Shown piece after piece: positions 15,309-29,718 of a stretch of DNA of 64,000 nt. Made by a program: the position numbers and the translations under genes. Source of the DNA: Eledone cirrhosa. Its lineage: Eukaryota. The notes under the pieces are model-generated. The model worked only from the letters and a program-made list of their open reading frames with translations. It had not been told where the DNA came from and searched no databases. How positions within the stretch are numbered: the stretch's first letter is position 1; every line of letters starts with the position of its first letter. The DNA is taken from assembly GCA_964016885.1 (NCBI GenBank), contig OZ024751.1:14880001-14944000 (forward strand), read 5' to 3'.

Positions 15309-15663
15309 GTGTGTGTGTGTGTGTGTATGGGGCGGGTGGTGGTCGTGGGGAGGGGCAGGTAATTATCAAAATAAATAACTTCATATGTAAATGTAATGCC
15401 CATGTGAAAATAATCTTTTTCATATAAAGTTTTCGTGCAATTCCTGCATTTGTCAATGAGTTGAACACTAGAGAGCGATAGAGATATAGCAAAGAGGATC
15501 TCTCTCTATATATACCCCTTTCTCTCTCTCTCACACTCTCTTTCACTCTCTCTCTCTTTCTTTACCTTTCTCCCCACACTCTCCGTCTGTTATTGTAATA
15601 TATGTAATATATGTTGTTTTTATTAGTGGTTAGGGTATTCGGCTCAAGATCGTATCGTATGTG

Positions 15664-15732
<69 letters not shown>

Positions 15733-15735
<3 letters not shown>

Positions 15736-16045
15736 AATGTTTTATTTAAATTGTTGGGATACAACAAGAAAATATTTTTATAACTGATATAAAGCACTCG
15801 ACAAATATTTGGAGTAGATATACGATATAAACAAATGGAAACTATATTTACAAAACTATCCTGATGTCTTCCAAAAGTAACGGTTGCTTTTTGAAAGGGT
15901 ACGTCAATGTTTATTTATAAAATTGGTATATATTGTATTTTGTCTGATGAAGGCATACCATAATTTAACATGGTATCCTTGAAATATGTATAATGAAATA
16001 AATATGGTTTTATAAATATAGTTTCCATTTGTTAATATCGTATAT
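15733..16045. mobile_element. PLE-like insert: antisense tail plus inverted hammerhead segment
   Basis: 15820-15857 is inverted at 16007-16043; tail 15743-15806 recurs at 1051-1114. Confidence 0.75.
15936..16000 (+). ncRNA. Type I hammerhead motif with palindromic stem III
   Basis: TATTTTGT-CTGATGA-AGG C ATACCAT..ATGGTAT C CTT-GAAA-TATGTA-TA-ATGAAATA. Confidence 0.85.
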
Positions 16046-16049
16046 ATAT

Positions 16050-16402
16050 CATCATCATCATCATCATCATCATTTCATTTTACGTCCACTTTTTCCTTGC
16101 TTGCAAGGGTGGGACGGGAACTGATTCTGGCTTGATTTCTACAGCTGGATGCCCTTCCTAACACCAACCTCATTTACAGTGAGTGCTGGGTGCTTTTTTG
16201 CCGTGGCACCTCCACGACCACTTTGCAGTGGAATGATAGGGACCCCAGTCCCTATCATCTCATTTCTACAGCTGTGTAAACTGGAGCAATGTGAAATAAA
16301 GTGTCTTGCTCAAGGAAACAACACATCACCCGGTCTGAGAATTAAACTCACAACCTTTCGATTGCAAGGCCAATGCTCTAACCACTAAGCCATGTGCCTC
16401 CA
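16050..16402 (-). mobile_element. tRNA-derived SINE with (TGA)n tail
   Basis: Head GGAGGCACATGGCTTAGTGGTTAGAGC (minus strand); RTE-like tail GGTTGGTGTTAGGAAGGGCATCC; (CAT)n at the left end. Confidence 0.8.
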
Positions 16403-16845
16403 TATATATATACACGTACGATATGATGGATAGTCCTGGCTTCTATTTCTAATTCTTTATTATATATATCATATTTGCAACAACACAGCTCGCCATTTTT
16501 CATTCATATATGCTTTCCCCTTGCTGTGACCTGTCTTTTTCTCTTCCCTTACTGCTATCCTCTTTCTCTCTTCCCCTTCTCTCTCTTACTTTCACTCACC
16601 CACTCTGCTAGTCACCCTCTCTCAGCTAGCCACTTCCTCACACTTTCACCCACTCACTCTCTGCTACTCACCCTCTCTCTCACTCACTCCATCGTCCCAC
16701 ACCTTACGAAATTCTTCCCTCGTTCACATCCGCACGGCCAAGATGTGTCTTTGCCTTCTCGTCAATATTCGCAACTTCTTATGTTCAAATGAATCATTGA
16801 CTTGATTTTCTCATTTTTTCCTCTCTTTACGTTGCCTCACCTTTC

Positions 16846-17490
16846 GTGTGTATATATCAGTGTATATATCAATTTGTATATATCAGTGTGTATATATCGG
16901 TGTATAGATCAGTGTATATATCAGTGTGTATATATCAGTGTGTATATATCAGTGTATATAACAGTGTGTATATATCACTGTGTATATATCACTGTGTATA
17001 TATCAGTGTATATATCAGTGTGTATATATCAGTGCGTGTATATCAGTATGTATATATCAGTGTGTATATATCAGAGTGGGTGTATATATCAGTGTGTGTA
17101 TATCAGTGTGTATATATCAGTGTATATATATCAGTGTGCATATATCAGTGTGTATATATCAGTGTGTATATATCAGTGTGTATATATCAGTGTGTGTATA
17201 TCAGTGTGTATATATCAGTGTGTATATATCAGTGTGTGTATATCAGTGTGTGTATATCAGTGTGTGTATATCAGTATGTATATATCAGTGTGTATATATC
17301 AGAGTGGGTGTATATATCAGTGTGTATATATCAGTGTGTGTATATCAGTGTGTGTATATCGGTGTATATATCAGTGTGTATATATCAGTGTGTATATATC
17401 AGTATGTATATATCAGTGCGTATATATCAGTGTGTATATATCAGTGTATATATCAGTGTGTGTATATCAGTGTGTATATATCAGTGTGTG
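16846..17490. repeat. ~12-16 bp minisatellite TATATCAG(TG)n
   Basis: Direct tandem repeat. Confidence 0.95.
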
Positions 17491-20400
17491 TGTGTCTCTA
17501 CCTATATCAGTGTGTGTGTGTGTCTCTACCTATATCAGTGTGTGTGTGTGTCTCTACCTATATCAGTGTGTGTGTGTCTCTACCTATATCAGTGTGTGTG
17601 TCTCTACCTATACCAGTGTGTGTCTCTACCTATATCAGTGTGTGTGTCTCTACCTATATTAGTGTGTGTCTCTACCTATATCAGTGTGTGTGTGTCTCTA
17701 CCTATATCAGTGTGTGTGTGTGTCTCTACCTATATCAGTGTGTGTGTCTCTACCTATACCAGTGTGTGTCTCTACCTATATCAGTGTGTGTGTCTCTACC
17801 TATATCAGTGTGTGTCTCTACCTATATCAGTGTGTGTGTGTCTCTACCTATATCAGTGTGTGTGTGTCTCTACCTATATCAGTGTGTGTGTCTCTACTTA
17901 TATCAGTGTGTGTGTCTCTACCTATATCAGTGTGTGTGTCTCTACCTATATCAGTGTGTGTGTGTGTCTCTACCTATATCAGTGTGTGTGTCTCTACCTA
18001 TATCAGTGTGTGTGTGTGTGTCTCTACCTATATCAGTGTGTGTGTCTCTACCTATATCAGTGTGTGTGTGTGTCTCTACCTATATCAGTGTGTGTGTGTC
18101 TCTACCTATATCAGTGTGTGTGTCTCTACCTATACCAGTGTGTGTCTCTACCTATATCAGTGTGTGTGTGTCTCTACCTATATCAGTGTGTGTGTGTCTC
18201 TACCTATATCAGTGTGTGTGTGTCTCTACCTATATCAGTGTGTGTCTCTACCTATATCAGTGTGTGTGTGTCTCTACCTATATCAGTGTGTGTGTGTCTC
18301 TACCTATATCAGTGTGTGTGTGTCTCTACCTATATCAGTGTGTGTGTGTCTCTACCTATATCAGTGTGTGTGTCTCTACTTATATCAGTGTGTGTGTCTC
18401 TACCTATATCAGTGTGTGTGTCTCTACCTATATCAGTGTGTGTGTGTGTCTCTACCTATATCAGTGTGTGTGTCTCTACCTATATCAGTGTGTGTGTGTG
18501 TCTCTACCTATATCAGTGTGTGTGTCTCTACCTATATCAGTGTGTGTGTGTGTCTCTACCTATATCAGTGTGTGTGTCTCTACCTATATCAGTGTGTGTG
18601 TGTGTCTCTACCTATATCAGTGTGTGTGTCTCTACCTATATCAGTGTATGTGTCTCTACCTATATCAGTGTGTGTGTCTCTACCTATATCAGTGTGTGTG
18701 TCTCTACCTATATCAGTGTGTGTGTGTGTCTCTACCTATATCAGTGTGTGTGTCTCTACCTATATCAGTGTGTGTGTGTCTCTACTTATATTAGTGTGTC
18801 TGTCTCTACCTATATCAGTGTGTGTGTGTGTCTCTACCTATATCAGTGTGTGTGTCTCTACCTATATCAGTGTGTGTGTGTGTCTCTACCTATATCAGTG
18901 TGTGTGTCTCTACCTATATCAGTGTGTGTGTGTGTCTCTACCTATATCAGTGTGTGTCTCTACCTATATCAGTGTCTGTGTCTCTACTTATATCCGTGTG
19001 TGTGTGTCTCTACCTATATCAGTGTGTGTGTCTCTACTTATATCAGTGTGTGTGTCTCTACCTATATCAGTGTGTGTGTGTCTCTACTTATATCAGTGTG
19101 TGTCTCTACCTATATCAGTGTGTGTGTGTCTCTACCTATATCAGTGTGTGTGTGTCTCTACCTATATCAGTGTGTGTGTGTCTCTACCTATATCAGTGTC
19201 TGTGTCTCTACTTATATCCGTGTGTGTGTGTCTCTACCTATATCAGTGTGTGTGTGTCTCTACCTATATCAGTGTGTGTGTGTCTCTACTTATATCAGTG
19301 TGTGTCTGTCTCTACCTATATCAGTGTATGTGTCTCTACCTATATCAGTGTGTGTGTCTCTACTTATATCAGTGTGTGTATGTCTCTACCTATATCAGTG
19401 TGTGTATGTCTCTACCTATATCAGTGTGTCTGTGTCTCTACCTATATCAGTGTGTGTGTGTCTCTACCTATATCAGTGTATGTGTGTCTCTACCTATATC
19501 AGTGTGTGTGTGTCTCTACCTATATCAGTGTGTGTATGTCTCTACCTATATCAGTGTGTGTGTGTCTCTACCTATACCAGTGTGTGTGTGTCTCTACCTA
19601 TATCAGTGTGTGTGTGTCTCTACCTATATCAGTGTGTGTGTGTCTCTACTTATATTAGTGTGTATGTCTCTACCTATATCAGTGTGTGTGTCTCTACCTA
19701 TATCAGTGTGTGTGTGTCTCTACTTATATCAGTGTGTGTGTCTCTACCTATATCAGTGTGTGTGTGTCTCTACCTATACCAGTGTGTGTGTGTCTCTACA
19801 TATATCAGTGTGTGTGTCTCTACCTATATCAGTGTGTGTGTGTCTCTACTTATATTAGTGTGTGTCTCTACCTATATCAGTGTGTGTGTGTGTCTCTACC
19901 TATATCAGTGTGTGTGTGTCTCTACTTATATTAGTGTGTGTGTCTCTACCTATATCAGTGTGTGTGTGTGTCTCTACCTATATCAGTGTGTGTGTGTCTC
20001 TACCTATATCAGTGTATGTGTCTCTACCTATATCAGTGTGTGTCTCTACCTATATCAGTGTGTGTCTCTACCTATATCAGTGTGTGTCTCTACCTATATC
20101 AGTGTGTGTGTGTCTCTACCTATATCAGTGTATGTGTCTCTACCTATATCAGTGTGTGTCTCTACCTATATCAGTGTGTGTCTCTACCTATACCAGTGTG
20201 TGTCTCTACCTATATCAGTGTGTGTGTGTCTCTACCTATATCAGTGTATGTGTCTCTACCTATATCAGTGTGTGTCTCTACCTATATCAGTGTATGTGTC
20301 TCTACCTATATCAGTGTGTGTCTCTACCTATATCAGTGTGTGTGTGTCTCTACCTATATCAGTGTATGTGTCTCTACCTATATCAGTGTGTGTCTCTACC

Positions 20401-23400
20401 TATATCAGTGTGTGTGTCTCTACCTATATCAGTGTGTGTGTCTCTACCTATATCAGTGTGTGTGTCTCTACCTATATCAGTGTGTGTGTCTCTACCTATA
20501 TCAGTGTGTGTGTCTCTACCTATATCAGTGTGTGTGTGTCTCTACCTATATCAGTGTATGTGTCTCTACCTATATCAGTGTGTGTCTCTACCTATATCAG
20601 TGTGTGTGTGTCTCTACCTATATCAGTGTATGTGTCTCTACCTATATCAGTGTGTGTGTCTCTACTTATATCAGTGTGTGTGTCTCTACCTATATCAGTG
20701 TGTGTGTCTCTACCTATATCAGTGTGTGTGTGTCTCTACTTATATCAGTGTGTGTGTCTCTACTTATATCAGTGTGTGTGTCTCTACCTATATCAGTGTG
20801 TGTCTCTACCTATATCAGTGTGTGTGTGTCTCTACCTATATCAGTGTGTGTCTCTACCTATATCAGTGTGTGTCTCTACCTATATCAGTGTGTGTGTGTC
20901 TCTACCTATATTAGTGTGTGTGTCTCTACTTATATCAGTGTGTGTGTCTCTACCTATATCAGTGTGTGTCTCTACCTATATCAGTGTGTGTGTCTCTACC
21001 TATATCAGTGTGTGTGTCTCTACCTATATCAGTGTGTGTCTCTACCTATATCAGTGTGTATGTCTCTACCTATATCAGTGTGTGTGTGTCTCTACCTATA
21101 TCAGTGTGTGTGTGTCTCTACCTATATCAGTGTGTGTGTCTCTACCTATATCAGTGTGTGTCTCTACCTATATCAGTGTGTGTGTCTCTACCTATATCAG
21201 TGTGTGTCTCTACCTATATCAGTGTGTGTCTCTACCTATATCAGTGTGTATGTCTCTACCTATATCAGTGTGTGTGTCTCTACCTATATCAGTGTGTGTG
21301 TCTCTACCTATATCAGTGTGTGTCTCTACCTATATCAGTGTGTATGTCTCTACCTATATCAGTGTGTGTGTCTCTACCTATATCAGTGTGTGTGTCTCTA
21401 CCTATATCAGTGTGTGTCTCTACCTATATCAGTGTGTGTGTCTCTACCTATATCAGTGTGTGTGTGTCTCTACCTATATCAGTGTGTGTCTCTACCTATA
21501 TCAGTGTGTGTGTCTCTACCTATATCAGTGTATGTGTCTCTACCTATATCAGTGTGTGTCTCTACCTATATCAGTGTGTGTGTCTCTACCTATATCAGTG
21601 TGTGTGTGTCTCTACCTATATCAGTGTGTGTCTCTACCTATATCAGTGTGTGTGTCTCTACCTATATCAGTGTGTGTGTGTCTCTACCTATATCAGTGTG
21701 TGTCTCTACCTATATCAGTGTGTGTGTGTCTCTACCTATATCAGTGTGTGTGTGTCTCTACCTATATCAGTGTGTGTCTCTACCTATATCAGTGTGTGTC
21801 TCTACCTATATCAGTGTATGTGTCTCTACCTATATCAGTGTGTGTCTCTACCTATATCAGTGTGTGTGTCTCTACCTATATCAGTGTGTGTGTGTCTCTA
21901 CCTATATCAGTGTGTGTCTCTACCTATATCAGTGTGTGTGTGTCTCTACCTATATCAGTGTGTGTGTGTCTCTACCTATATCAGTGTGTGTGTGTCTCTA
22001 CCTATATCAGTGTGTGTCTCTACCTATATCAGTGTGTGTGTGTCTCTACCTATATCAGTGTGTGTGTGTGTCTCTACCTATATCAGTGTGTGTCTCTACC
22101 TATATCAGTGTGTGTGTCTCTACCTATATCAGTGTGTCTGTGTCTCTACCTATATCAGTGTGTGTATGTCTCTACCTATATCAGTGTGTCTGTGTCTCTA
22201 CCTATATCAGTGTGTGTGTGTCTCTACCTATATCAGTGTGTGTGTCTCTACCTATATCAGTGTGTGTCTCTACCTATATCAGTGTGTATGTGTCTCTACC
22301 TATATCAGTGTGTGTCTCTACCTATATCAGTGTGTGTATGTCTCTACCTATATCAGTGTGTGTCTCTACCTATATCAGTGTGTGTATGTCTCTACCTATA
22401 TCAGTGTATGTGTCTCTACCTATATCAGTGTGTGTGTCTCTACCTATATCAGTGTGTGTCTCTACCTATATCAGTGTGTGTCTCTACCTATATCAGTGTG
22501 TGTGTGTCTCTACCTATATCAGTGTGTGTGTCTCTACCTATATCAGTGTGTGTGTGTCTCTACCTATATCAGTGTGTGTGTGTCTCTACCTATATCAGTG
22601 TGTGTGTCTCTACCTATATCAGTGTGTGTGTCTCTACCTATATCAGTGTGTGTGTGTCTCTACCTATATCAGTGTGTGTGTGTCTCTACCTATATCAGTG
22701 TGTGTGTGTGTCTCTACCTATATCAGTGTATGTGTCTCTACCTATATCAGTGTGTGTGTGTCTCTACCTATATCAGTGTGTGTGTGTCTCTACCTATATC
22801 AGTGTGTGTGTCTCTACCTATATCAGTGTGTGTGTGTCTCTACCTATATCAGTGTGTAGTGTCTCTACCTATATCAGTGTATGTGTCTCTACCTATATCA
22901 GTGTGTGTGTCTCTACCTATATCAGTGTGTGTCTCTACCTATATCAGTGTGTGTGTCTCTACCTATATCAGTGTGTGTGTGTCTCTACCTATATCAGTGT
23001 GTGTCTCTACCTATATCAGTGTGTGTGTCTCTACCTATATCAGTGTGTGTCTCTACCTATATCAGTGTGTGTGTCTCTACCTATATCAGTGTGTGTATGT
23101 GTCTCTACCTATATCAGTGTGTGTCTCTACCTATATCAGTGTGTGTGTGTTTCTACCTATATCAGTGTGTGTGTCTCTACCTATATCAGTGTGTGTGTCT
23201 CTACCTATATCAGTGTGTGTGTCTCTACCTATATCAGTGTGTGTCTCTACCTATATCAGTGTGTGTGTCTCTACTTATATTAGTGTGTGTGTGTCTCTAC
23301 CTATATCAGTGTGTGTGTCTCTACCTATATCAGTGTGTGTGTCTCTACCTATATCAGTGTGTGTGTCTCTACCTATATCAGTGTGTGTCTCTACCTATAT

Positions 23401-26400
23401 CAGTGTGTGTGTCTCTACCTATATCAGTCTGTGTGTGTCTCTACCTATATCAGTGTATGTGTCTCTACCTATATCAGTGTGTGTCTCTACCTATATCAGT
23501 GTGTGTGTCTCTACCTATATCAGTGTGTGTATGTGTCTCTACCTATATCAGTGTGTGTCTCTACCTATATCAGTGTGTGTGTGTTTCTACCTATATCAGT
23601 GTGTGTGTCTCTACCTATATCAGTGTGTGTGTGTCTCTACTTATATTAGTGTGTGTGTCTCTACCTATATCAGTGTATGTGTCTCTACCTATATCAGTGT
23701 GTGTCTCTACCTATATCAGTGTGTCTGTGTCTCTACTTATATTAGTGTGTGTGTCTCTACCTATATCAGTGTGTGTCTCTACCTATATCAGTGTGTCTGT
23801 GTCTCTACCTATATCAGTGTGTGTGTCTCTACCTATATCAGTGTGTGTCTCTACCTATATCAGTGTGTGTGTCTCTACCTATATCAGTGTGTGTGTGTCT
23901 CTACCTATATCAGTGTGTGTCTCTACCTATATCAGTGTGTGTATGTCTCTACCTATATCAGTGTATGTGTCTCTACCTATATCAGTGTGTGTGTCTCTAC
24001 CTATATCAGTGTGTGTCTCTACCTATATCAGTGTGTGTGTCTCTACCTATATCAGTGTGTGTGTGTCTCTACCTATATCAGTGTGTGTCTCTACCTATAT
24101 CAGTGTGTGTGTCTCTACCTATATCAGTGTGTGTGTGTCTCTACCTATATCAGTGTGTGTGTCTCTACCTATATCAGTGTGTGTATGTGTCTCTACCTAT
24201 ATCAGTGTGTGTCTCTACCTATATCAGTGTGTGTGTGTTTCTACCTATATCAGTGTGTGTGTCTCTACCTATATCAGTGTGTGTGTCTCTACCTATATCA
24301 GTGTGTGTGTCTCTACCTATATCAGTGTGTGTGTCTCTACCTATATCAGTGTGTGTCTCTACCTATATCAGTGTGTGTGTCTCTACCTATATCAGTGTGT
24401 GTGTCTCTACCTATATCAGTCTGTGTGTGTCTCTACCTATATCAGTGTATGTGTCTCTACCTATATCAGTGTGTGTCTCTACCTATATCAGTGTGTGTAT
24501 GTGTCTCTACCTATATCAGTGTGTGTCTCTACCTATATCAGTGTGTGTGTGTTTCTACCTATATCAGTGTGTGTGTCTCTACCTATATCAGTGTGTGTGT
24601 GTCTCTACTTATATTAGTGTGTGTGTCTCTACCTATATCAGTGTATGTGTCTCTACCTATATCAGTGTGTGTCTCTACCTATATCAGTGTGTCTGTGTCT
24701 CTACTTATATTAGTGTGTGTGTCTCTACCTATATCAGTGTATGTGTCTCTACCTATATCAGTGTGTGTCTCTACCTATATCAGTGTGTATGTGTCTCTAC
24801 CTATATCAGTGTGTGTGTCTCTACCTATATCAGTGTGTGTCTCTACCTATATCAGTGTGTGTGTCTCTACCTATATCAGTGTGTGTGTGTCTCTACCTAT
24901 ATCAGTGTGTGTCTCTACCTATATCAGTGTGTGTATGTCTCTACCTATATCAGTGTATGTGTCTCTACCTATATCAGTGTGTGTGTCTCTACCTATATCA
25001 GTGTGTGTGTGTCTCTACCTATATCAGTGTGTGTGTCTCTACCTATATCAGTGTGTGTGTGTCTCTACCTATATCAGTGTGTGTCTCTACCTATATCAGT
25101 GTGTGTGTCTCTACCTATATCAGTGTGTGTCTCTACCTATATCAGTGTGTGTGTCTCTACCTATATCAGTGTGTGTATGTGTCTCTACCTATATCAGTGT
25201 GTGTCTCTACCTATATCAGTGTGTGTGTGTTTCTACCTATATCAGTGTGTGTGTCTCTACCTATATCAGTGTGTGTGTCTCTACCTATATCAGTGTGTGT
25301 GTCTCTACCTATATCAGTGTGTGTGTCTCTACCTATATCAGTGTGTGTGTCTCTACCTATATCAGTGTGTGTCTCTACCTATATCAGTGTGTGTGTCTCT
25401 ACCTATATCAGTGTGTGTGTCTCTACCTATATCAGTCTGTGTGTGTCTCTACCTATATCAGTGTATGTGTCTCTACCTATATCAGTGTGTGTCTCTACCT
25501 ATATCAGTCTGTGTGTCTCTACCTATATCAGTGTGTGTATGTGTCTCTACCTATATCAGTGTGTGTCTCTACCTATATCAGTGTGTGTGTGTTTCTACCT
25601 ATATCAGTGTGTGTGTCTCTACCTATATCAGTGTGTGTGTGTGTCTCTACCTATATCAGTGTGTGTGTCTCTACCTATATCAGTGTGTGTGTGTCTCTAC
25701 CTATATCAGTGTGTGTGTGTCTCTACCTATATCAGTGTGTGTCTCTACCTATATCAGTGTGTGTCTCTACCTATATCAGTGTGTGTGTGTCTCTACCTAT
25801 ATCAGTGTGTGTGTGTCTCTACCTATATCAGTGTGTGTGTGTGTCTCTACCTATATCAGTGTATGTGTCTCTACCTATATCAGTGTGTGTGTGTCTCTAC
25901 CTATATCAGTGTGTGTGTGTCTCTACCTATATCAGTGTGTGTGTCTCTACCTATATCAGTATGTGTGTGTCTCTACCTATATCAGTGTGTGTGTGTCTCT
26001 ACCTATATCAGTGTGTGTGTGTCTCTACTTATATTAGTGTGTGTGTCTCTACCTATATCAGTGTGTGTGTGTCTCAACCTATATCAGTGTGTCTGTGTCT
26101 CTACTTATATCAGTGTGTCTGTGTCTCTACCTATATCAGTGTGTGTGTGTCTCTACCTATATCAGTGTGTGTGTCTCTACTTATATTAGTGTGTCTGTGT
26201 CTCTACCTATATCAGTGTGTGTGTGTCTCTACCTATATCAGTGTGTGTGTCTCTACTTATATTAGTGTGTCTGTGTCTCTACCTATATCAGTGTGTGTGT
26301 ATGTCTCTACCTATATCAGTGTGTCTGTATGTCTCAACCTATATCAGTGTGTGTGTGTCTCTACTTATATTAGTGTTTCTGTATGTCTCTACCTATATTA

Positions 26401-26462
26401 GTGTGTGTGTGTCTCTACCTATAGCAGTGTGTGTGTGTCTCTACTTATATTAGTGTGTCTGT
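17491..26462. repeat. ~9 kb satellite TCTCTACCTATATCAG(TG)3-7
   Basis: Constant 16-mer plus a variable TG run, several hundred copies. Confidence 0.98.
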
Positions 26463-26886
26463 GACTGTGTAACAACATTGAATCTATTCTAATCTTATTC
26501 CGTCTCCATATTGTTTCCTAATGAAAGGAACTGCTAACTTTTAATTAGTGTTTTCAGCCATTCAAGTAAAATAAGACAACAAACATTGTAACAATTTCAA
26601 ATAATTATATCTTCCTTTGTTTTTTCTTCTTAATATAGTATAATCATTTTTTTTTAAAATATATATATAATTATTTCTCTCTTGTTCACTACTTTAACTG
26701 TTTAAAAAAAAAATGTCTTCTTCTTGGTTGTTTCTGCTTTGCAAATAAAATCTGATGTGTTTTACATTTATTCCATGTGAGAGAATAATTTATTTCTTCT
26801 TTAAATTATATATTTTTTAAATATATTTTTTTTTCTAACTAATATCATTGGATTATATTATTCTTTATTATCTTATTAATGGAATG

Positions 26887-27925
26887 ATGGCGGTGGATTG
26901 GCAGTATCGGTAGAGGGTCGGATGCCATGCTTTGCAGCATTGAGTTACGGCCGGCCCTTTATGATCTGAGTTCAAATCCCGCTGAGGTTAACTTTGCCTT
27001 TCATCCTTACCGGGTCGATAAAATAAAGTACCAGTAATTGCGCTGGGGTCGATTTAATCGACTTTCCTTTTCCCCCCAAATTGTTGGCCTTGTGCCTAAA
27101 TGAGAAACCATTATCTTATAATGGAATCCCGTCGAGGTTAACTTTGCCTTTCATCCTTACCGGGTCGATAAAATAAAGTACCAGTAATTGCGCTGGGGTC
27201 GATTTAATCGACTTTCCTTTTCCCCCCAAATTGTTGGCCTTGTGCCTAAATGAGAAACCATTATCTTATAATGGAATCCCGTCGAGGTTTACTTTGCCTT
27301 TCATCCTTACGGGGTCGATAAAATGAAATACCAGTAATGAACTGGTAATTGCTGGCCTTGTGCCAAAAGTAGAAACAATTATAAGAGGGCGGTGGATTGG
27401 CAGTACCGGTAGAGGGTCGGACGCCATGCTTTCTATCATAGTTACGTCCTATTACGGTCCGAGTTCAAATCCCGCCGAGGTTAACTTTGCCTTTCATCCT
27501 TCCAGGGTCGATAAAATAAAGTACCAGTAATGTACTGGGATAATTGCTGGCCTTGTGCCAAAAGTAGAAACAGTTATTAATGGAATGGCAAGGAATGGCA
27601 AGTATCGGCAGAGCGTCAGATAAAGTTACTTGTGGTGTTGGGGATACGGCTCGGCTCCTTACCGCCTGAGTTCAAATCCCTCTGAGTAGTAGGCGTACAC
27701 GTAAGGGTAGGGGTAGGGGTAGGAGTAGGTGTAGGGGCAGAGGTGGGGTGGGTGACAGTCGATGAAATAAGTACCAGTTAACTATTGCGGGTTGACATAA
27801 TCGACTGGGGTGATAGTCGATGAAGTAAGTACCAGTTAACTGCTGGGGTGGGTGATATGCTGATATAATCAACAATATTCATCCATTAAATTTGAAGATT
27901 TGCGCCTATATTATAAATCATTTCA
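26887..27925 (+). mobile_element. Head-to-tail array of SINE family A (central domain recalled as Meta-like)
   Basis: Heads GGCGGTGGATTGGCAGTA.CGGTAGAG; B box GAGTTCAAATCCC; core AACTTTGCCTTTCATCCTT..GGTCGATAAAAT; 150-bp tandem duplication at 26984/27134/27284. Confidence 0.85.
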
Positions 27926-28019
27926 AGGCGAGAAATTGTGAGAGCCGTTAGAGCGTCGGGTGGAACACTTATGGATTATATTCTGGTTCTCAGCATCTCG
28001 AGAGTTCAAATCCCACCTA

Positions 28020-28158
28020 TCTCTAGACAAAGTCATATTTAGACCTTGTGGGGAATTTTCGTTGGAGAGTGGGCATGGCTGTTTTTAGAGGGGGCCCTTG
28101 TTTGACAAGGGGTGCCCAAGGCATTCGCTCCATGCTTCCACCAATAAATCCGGCCCTG
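28020..28158. mobile_element. hAT-like MITE fragment nested in a degenerate SINE A
   Basis: Ends in AATCCGGCCCTG (CAGGGCCGGATT-type TIR); SINE B box lies before it and SINE core resumes after it. Confidence 0.45.
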
Positions 28159-28262
28159 CCCCTAGAGCAACTTTACCTGTGGCCCTTTCGAGGTAGAAAA
28201 ATAATATTCTAGTCAAGTACTGAGCTCGATATAATCGCCTTCTCTGCTCCCAGCGTCCCCTA

Positions 28263-28955
28263 CCTAAATTTTAGGACGTACTTCCGGTCCGTTTGTTGAA
28301 AGGTGGATAGAAGTGGCAAGCATGGTCCCGAATGAATGGACCTGCTCTGAGTAAGTATCTTTAGATTGGAGGAGGGCAGCTTAGAGGTGACACATACCCT
28401 AGCGGTCAAGCTGGCCATGAGGACAGCTAGGAGGTGACACATACCCTAGCGGTCAATGTGGACATGAGGACAGCTAAGAGGTGACACATACCCTAGTGGT
28501 CAGGGTGGCTATTAGGACAGCTAAGAGGTGACACATGCCCTAGAGGTCAAGGTGACCATAAGGACAGTTAAGAGGTGGCACATGCCCTAGTGGTCAAGAT
28601 GGACATGAGGACAGCTAAGAGGTGACACATACCCTAGTGGTCAAGGTGGCTATTAGGACAGCTAAGAGGTGACATGCCCTAGAGGTCAAGGTGACCATAA
28701 GGACAGTTAAGAGGTGGCACATGCCCTAGTGGTCAAGATGGACATGAGGACAGCTAAGAGGTGGCACATGCCGTAGAGGTCAAGGTGGCTATGAGGACAG
28801 CTAAGAGGTGACATATGCCCTAGAGGTCAAGGTGACCATAAGGACAGCTAAGAGGTGACACATGCCCTAGTGGTCAAGATGGACATGACCGTGGCTTTTC
28901 TGTGAGTTTTCTCCACAAGTGACAGTGACCCTAGGAAGTGTCCCTAAAATTTGGG
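28263..28955. mobile_element. TIR-bounded element containing a 47-bp minisatellite
   Basis: Left end CCTAAATTTTAGGACGTACTTCC versus right-end reverse complement CCCAAATTTTAGGGACACTTCC; no clear TSD. Confidence 0.55.
28378..28888. repeat. 47-bp minisatellite, ~11 copies
   Basis: GAGGTGACACAT.CCCTAG.GGTCAAG..GGACAGCTAA at 28384, 28431, 28478 and onward. Confidence 0.95.
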
Positions 28956-29176
28956 AATTTTCTTTTGTTTGATTTGTTGTTTCTGTCATCACACATTTTC
29001 CATGAAATCCTCATTCCCCCACTCCCCTCCCCAACCCACCCTCACCCCACCCCACCCTCATCACACCCCACATTATGTAGTCTTGAATGTCTTCTTTATG
29101 TAAGCCCTTTATGGCTAAAAAAGAAACCATCATCATCGTCATCATTGTTGTTGTTATTGCTATTGTTATTTTACTG

Positions 29177-29365
29177 AGGGCCGTATATTGGCTGTATCGG
29201 TAGAGCGTCGGACACCATGCTTCGCGACATAAAGTTATGGCCCTTTACGTTCCGAGTTCAAATCCTGCCGAGGTTAACTTTGCCTTTCATCCTCACTGGT
29301 GTCGATTTCATCTACTTTCCCCTCCCCCCAAAATTAGTGGCCTTGTGCCTAAAACGGAAACCATT
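29177..29365 (+). mobile_element. SINE family A
   Basis: Head, B box, core and tail match the 26887 copy, with an internal deletion. Confidence 0.8.
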
Positions 29366-29465
29366 AATTTACTTAATTGATGAATTATGGCAGAATCCGG
29401 TTGAATCCCGGATTAAATATCCTCTAGGATCTAGTTATGCCCCTTTATTATTCCGCATTGCTTTA

Positions 29466-29718
29466 TATGATATCGGTGTATGACACTTAAATATGATATC
29501 AGTGTATGGTAATGGGTGTATGACACTTAAATATGATATCAGTGTATGGTAATGGGTGTATGACACTTAAATATGATATCAGTGTATGGTAATGGGTGTA
29601 TGACACTTAAATATGATATCAGTGTATGGTAATGGGTGTATGACACTTAAATATGATATCAGTGTATGGTAATGGGTGTATGACACTTAAATATGATATC
29701 AGTGTATGGTAATGGGTG
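29466..29718. repeat. 40-bp tandem repeat, ~6 copies
   Basis: TATGACACTTAAATATGATATCAGTGTATGGTAATGGGTG. Confidence 0.95.

Noticed and set aside
16802-26453. ORFs up to 2145 aa (CVCLYLYQ/VSTYIS)
   Set aside because: All three forward frames stay open because the satellite unit lacks stops; variable TG runs shift frame constantly.
17491-26462. CRISPR-like repeat/spacer array
   Set aside because: Spacers are only (TG)n, there are no cas genes, and the context is eukaryotic.
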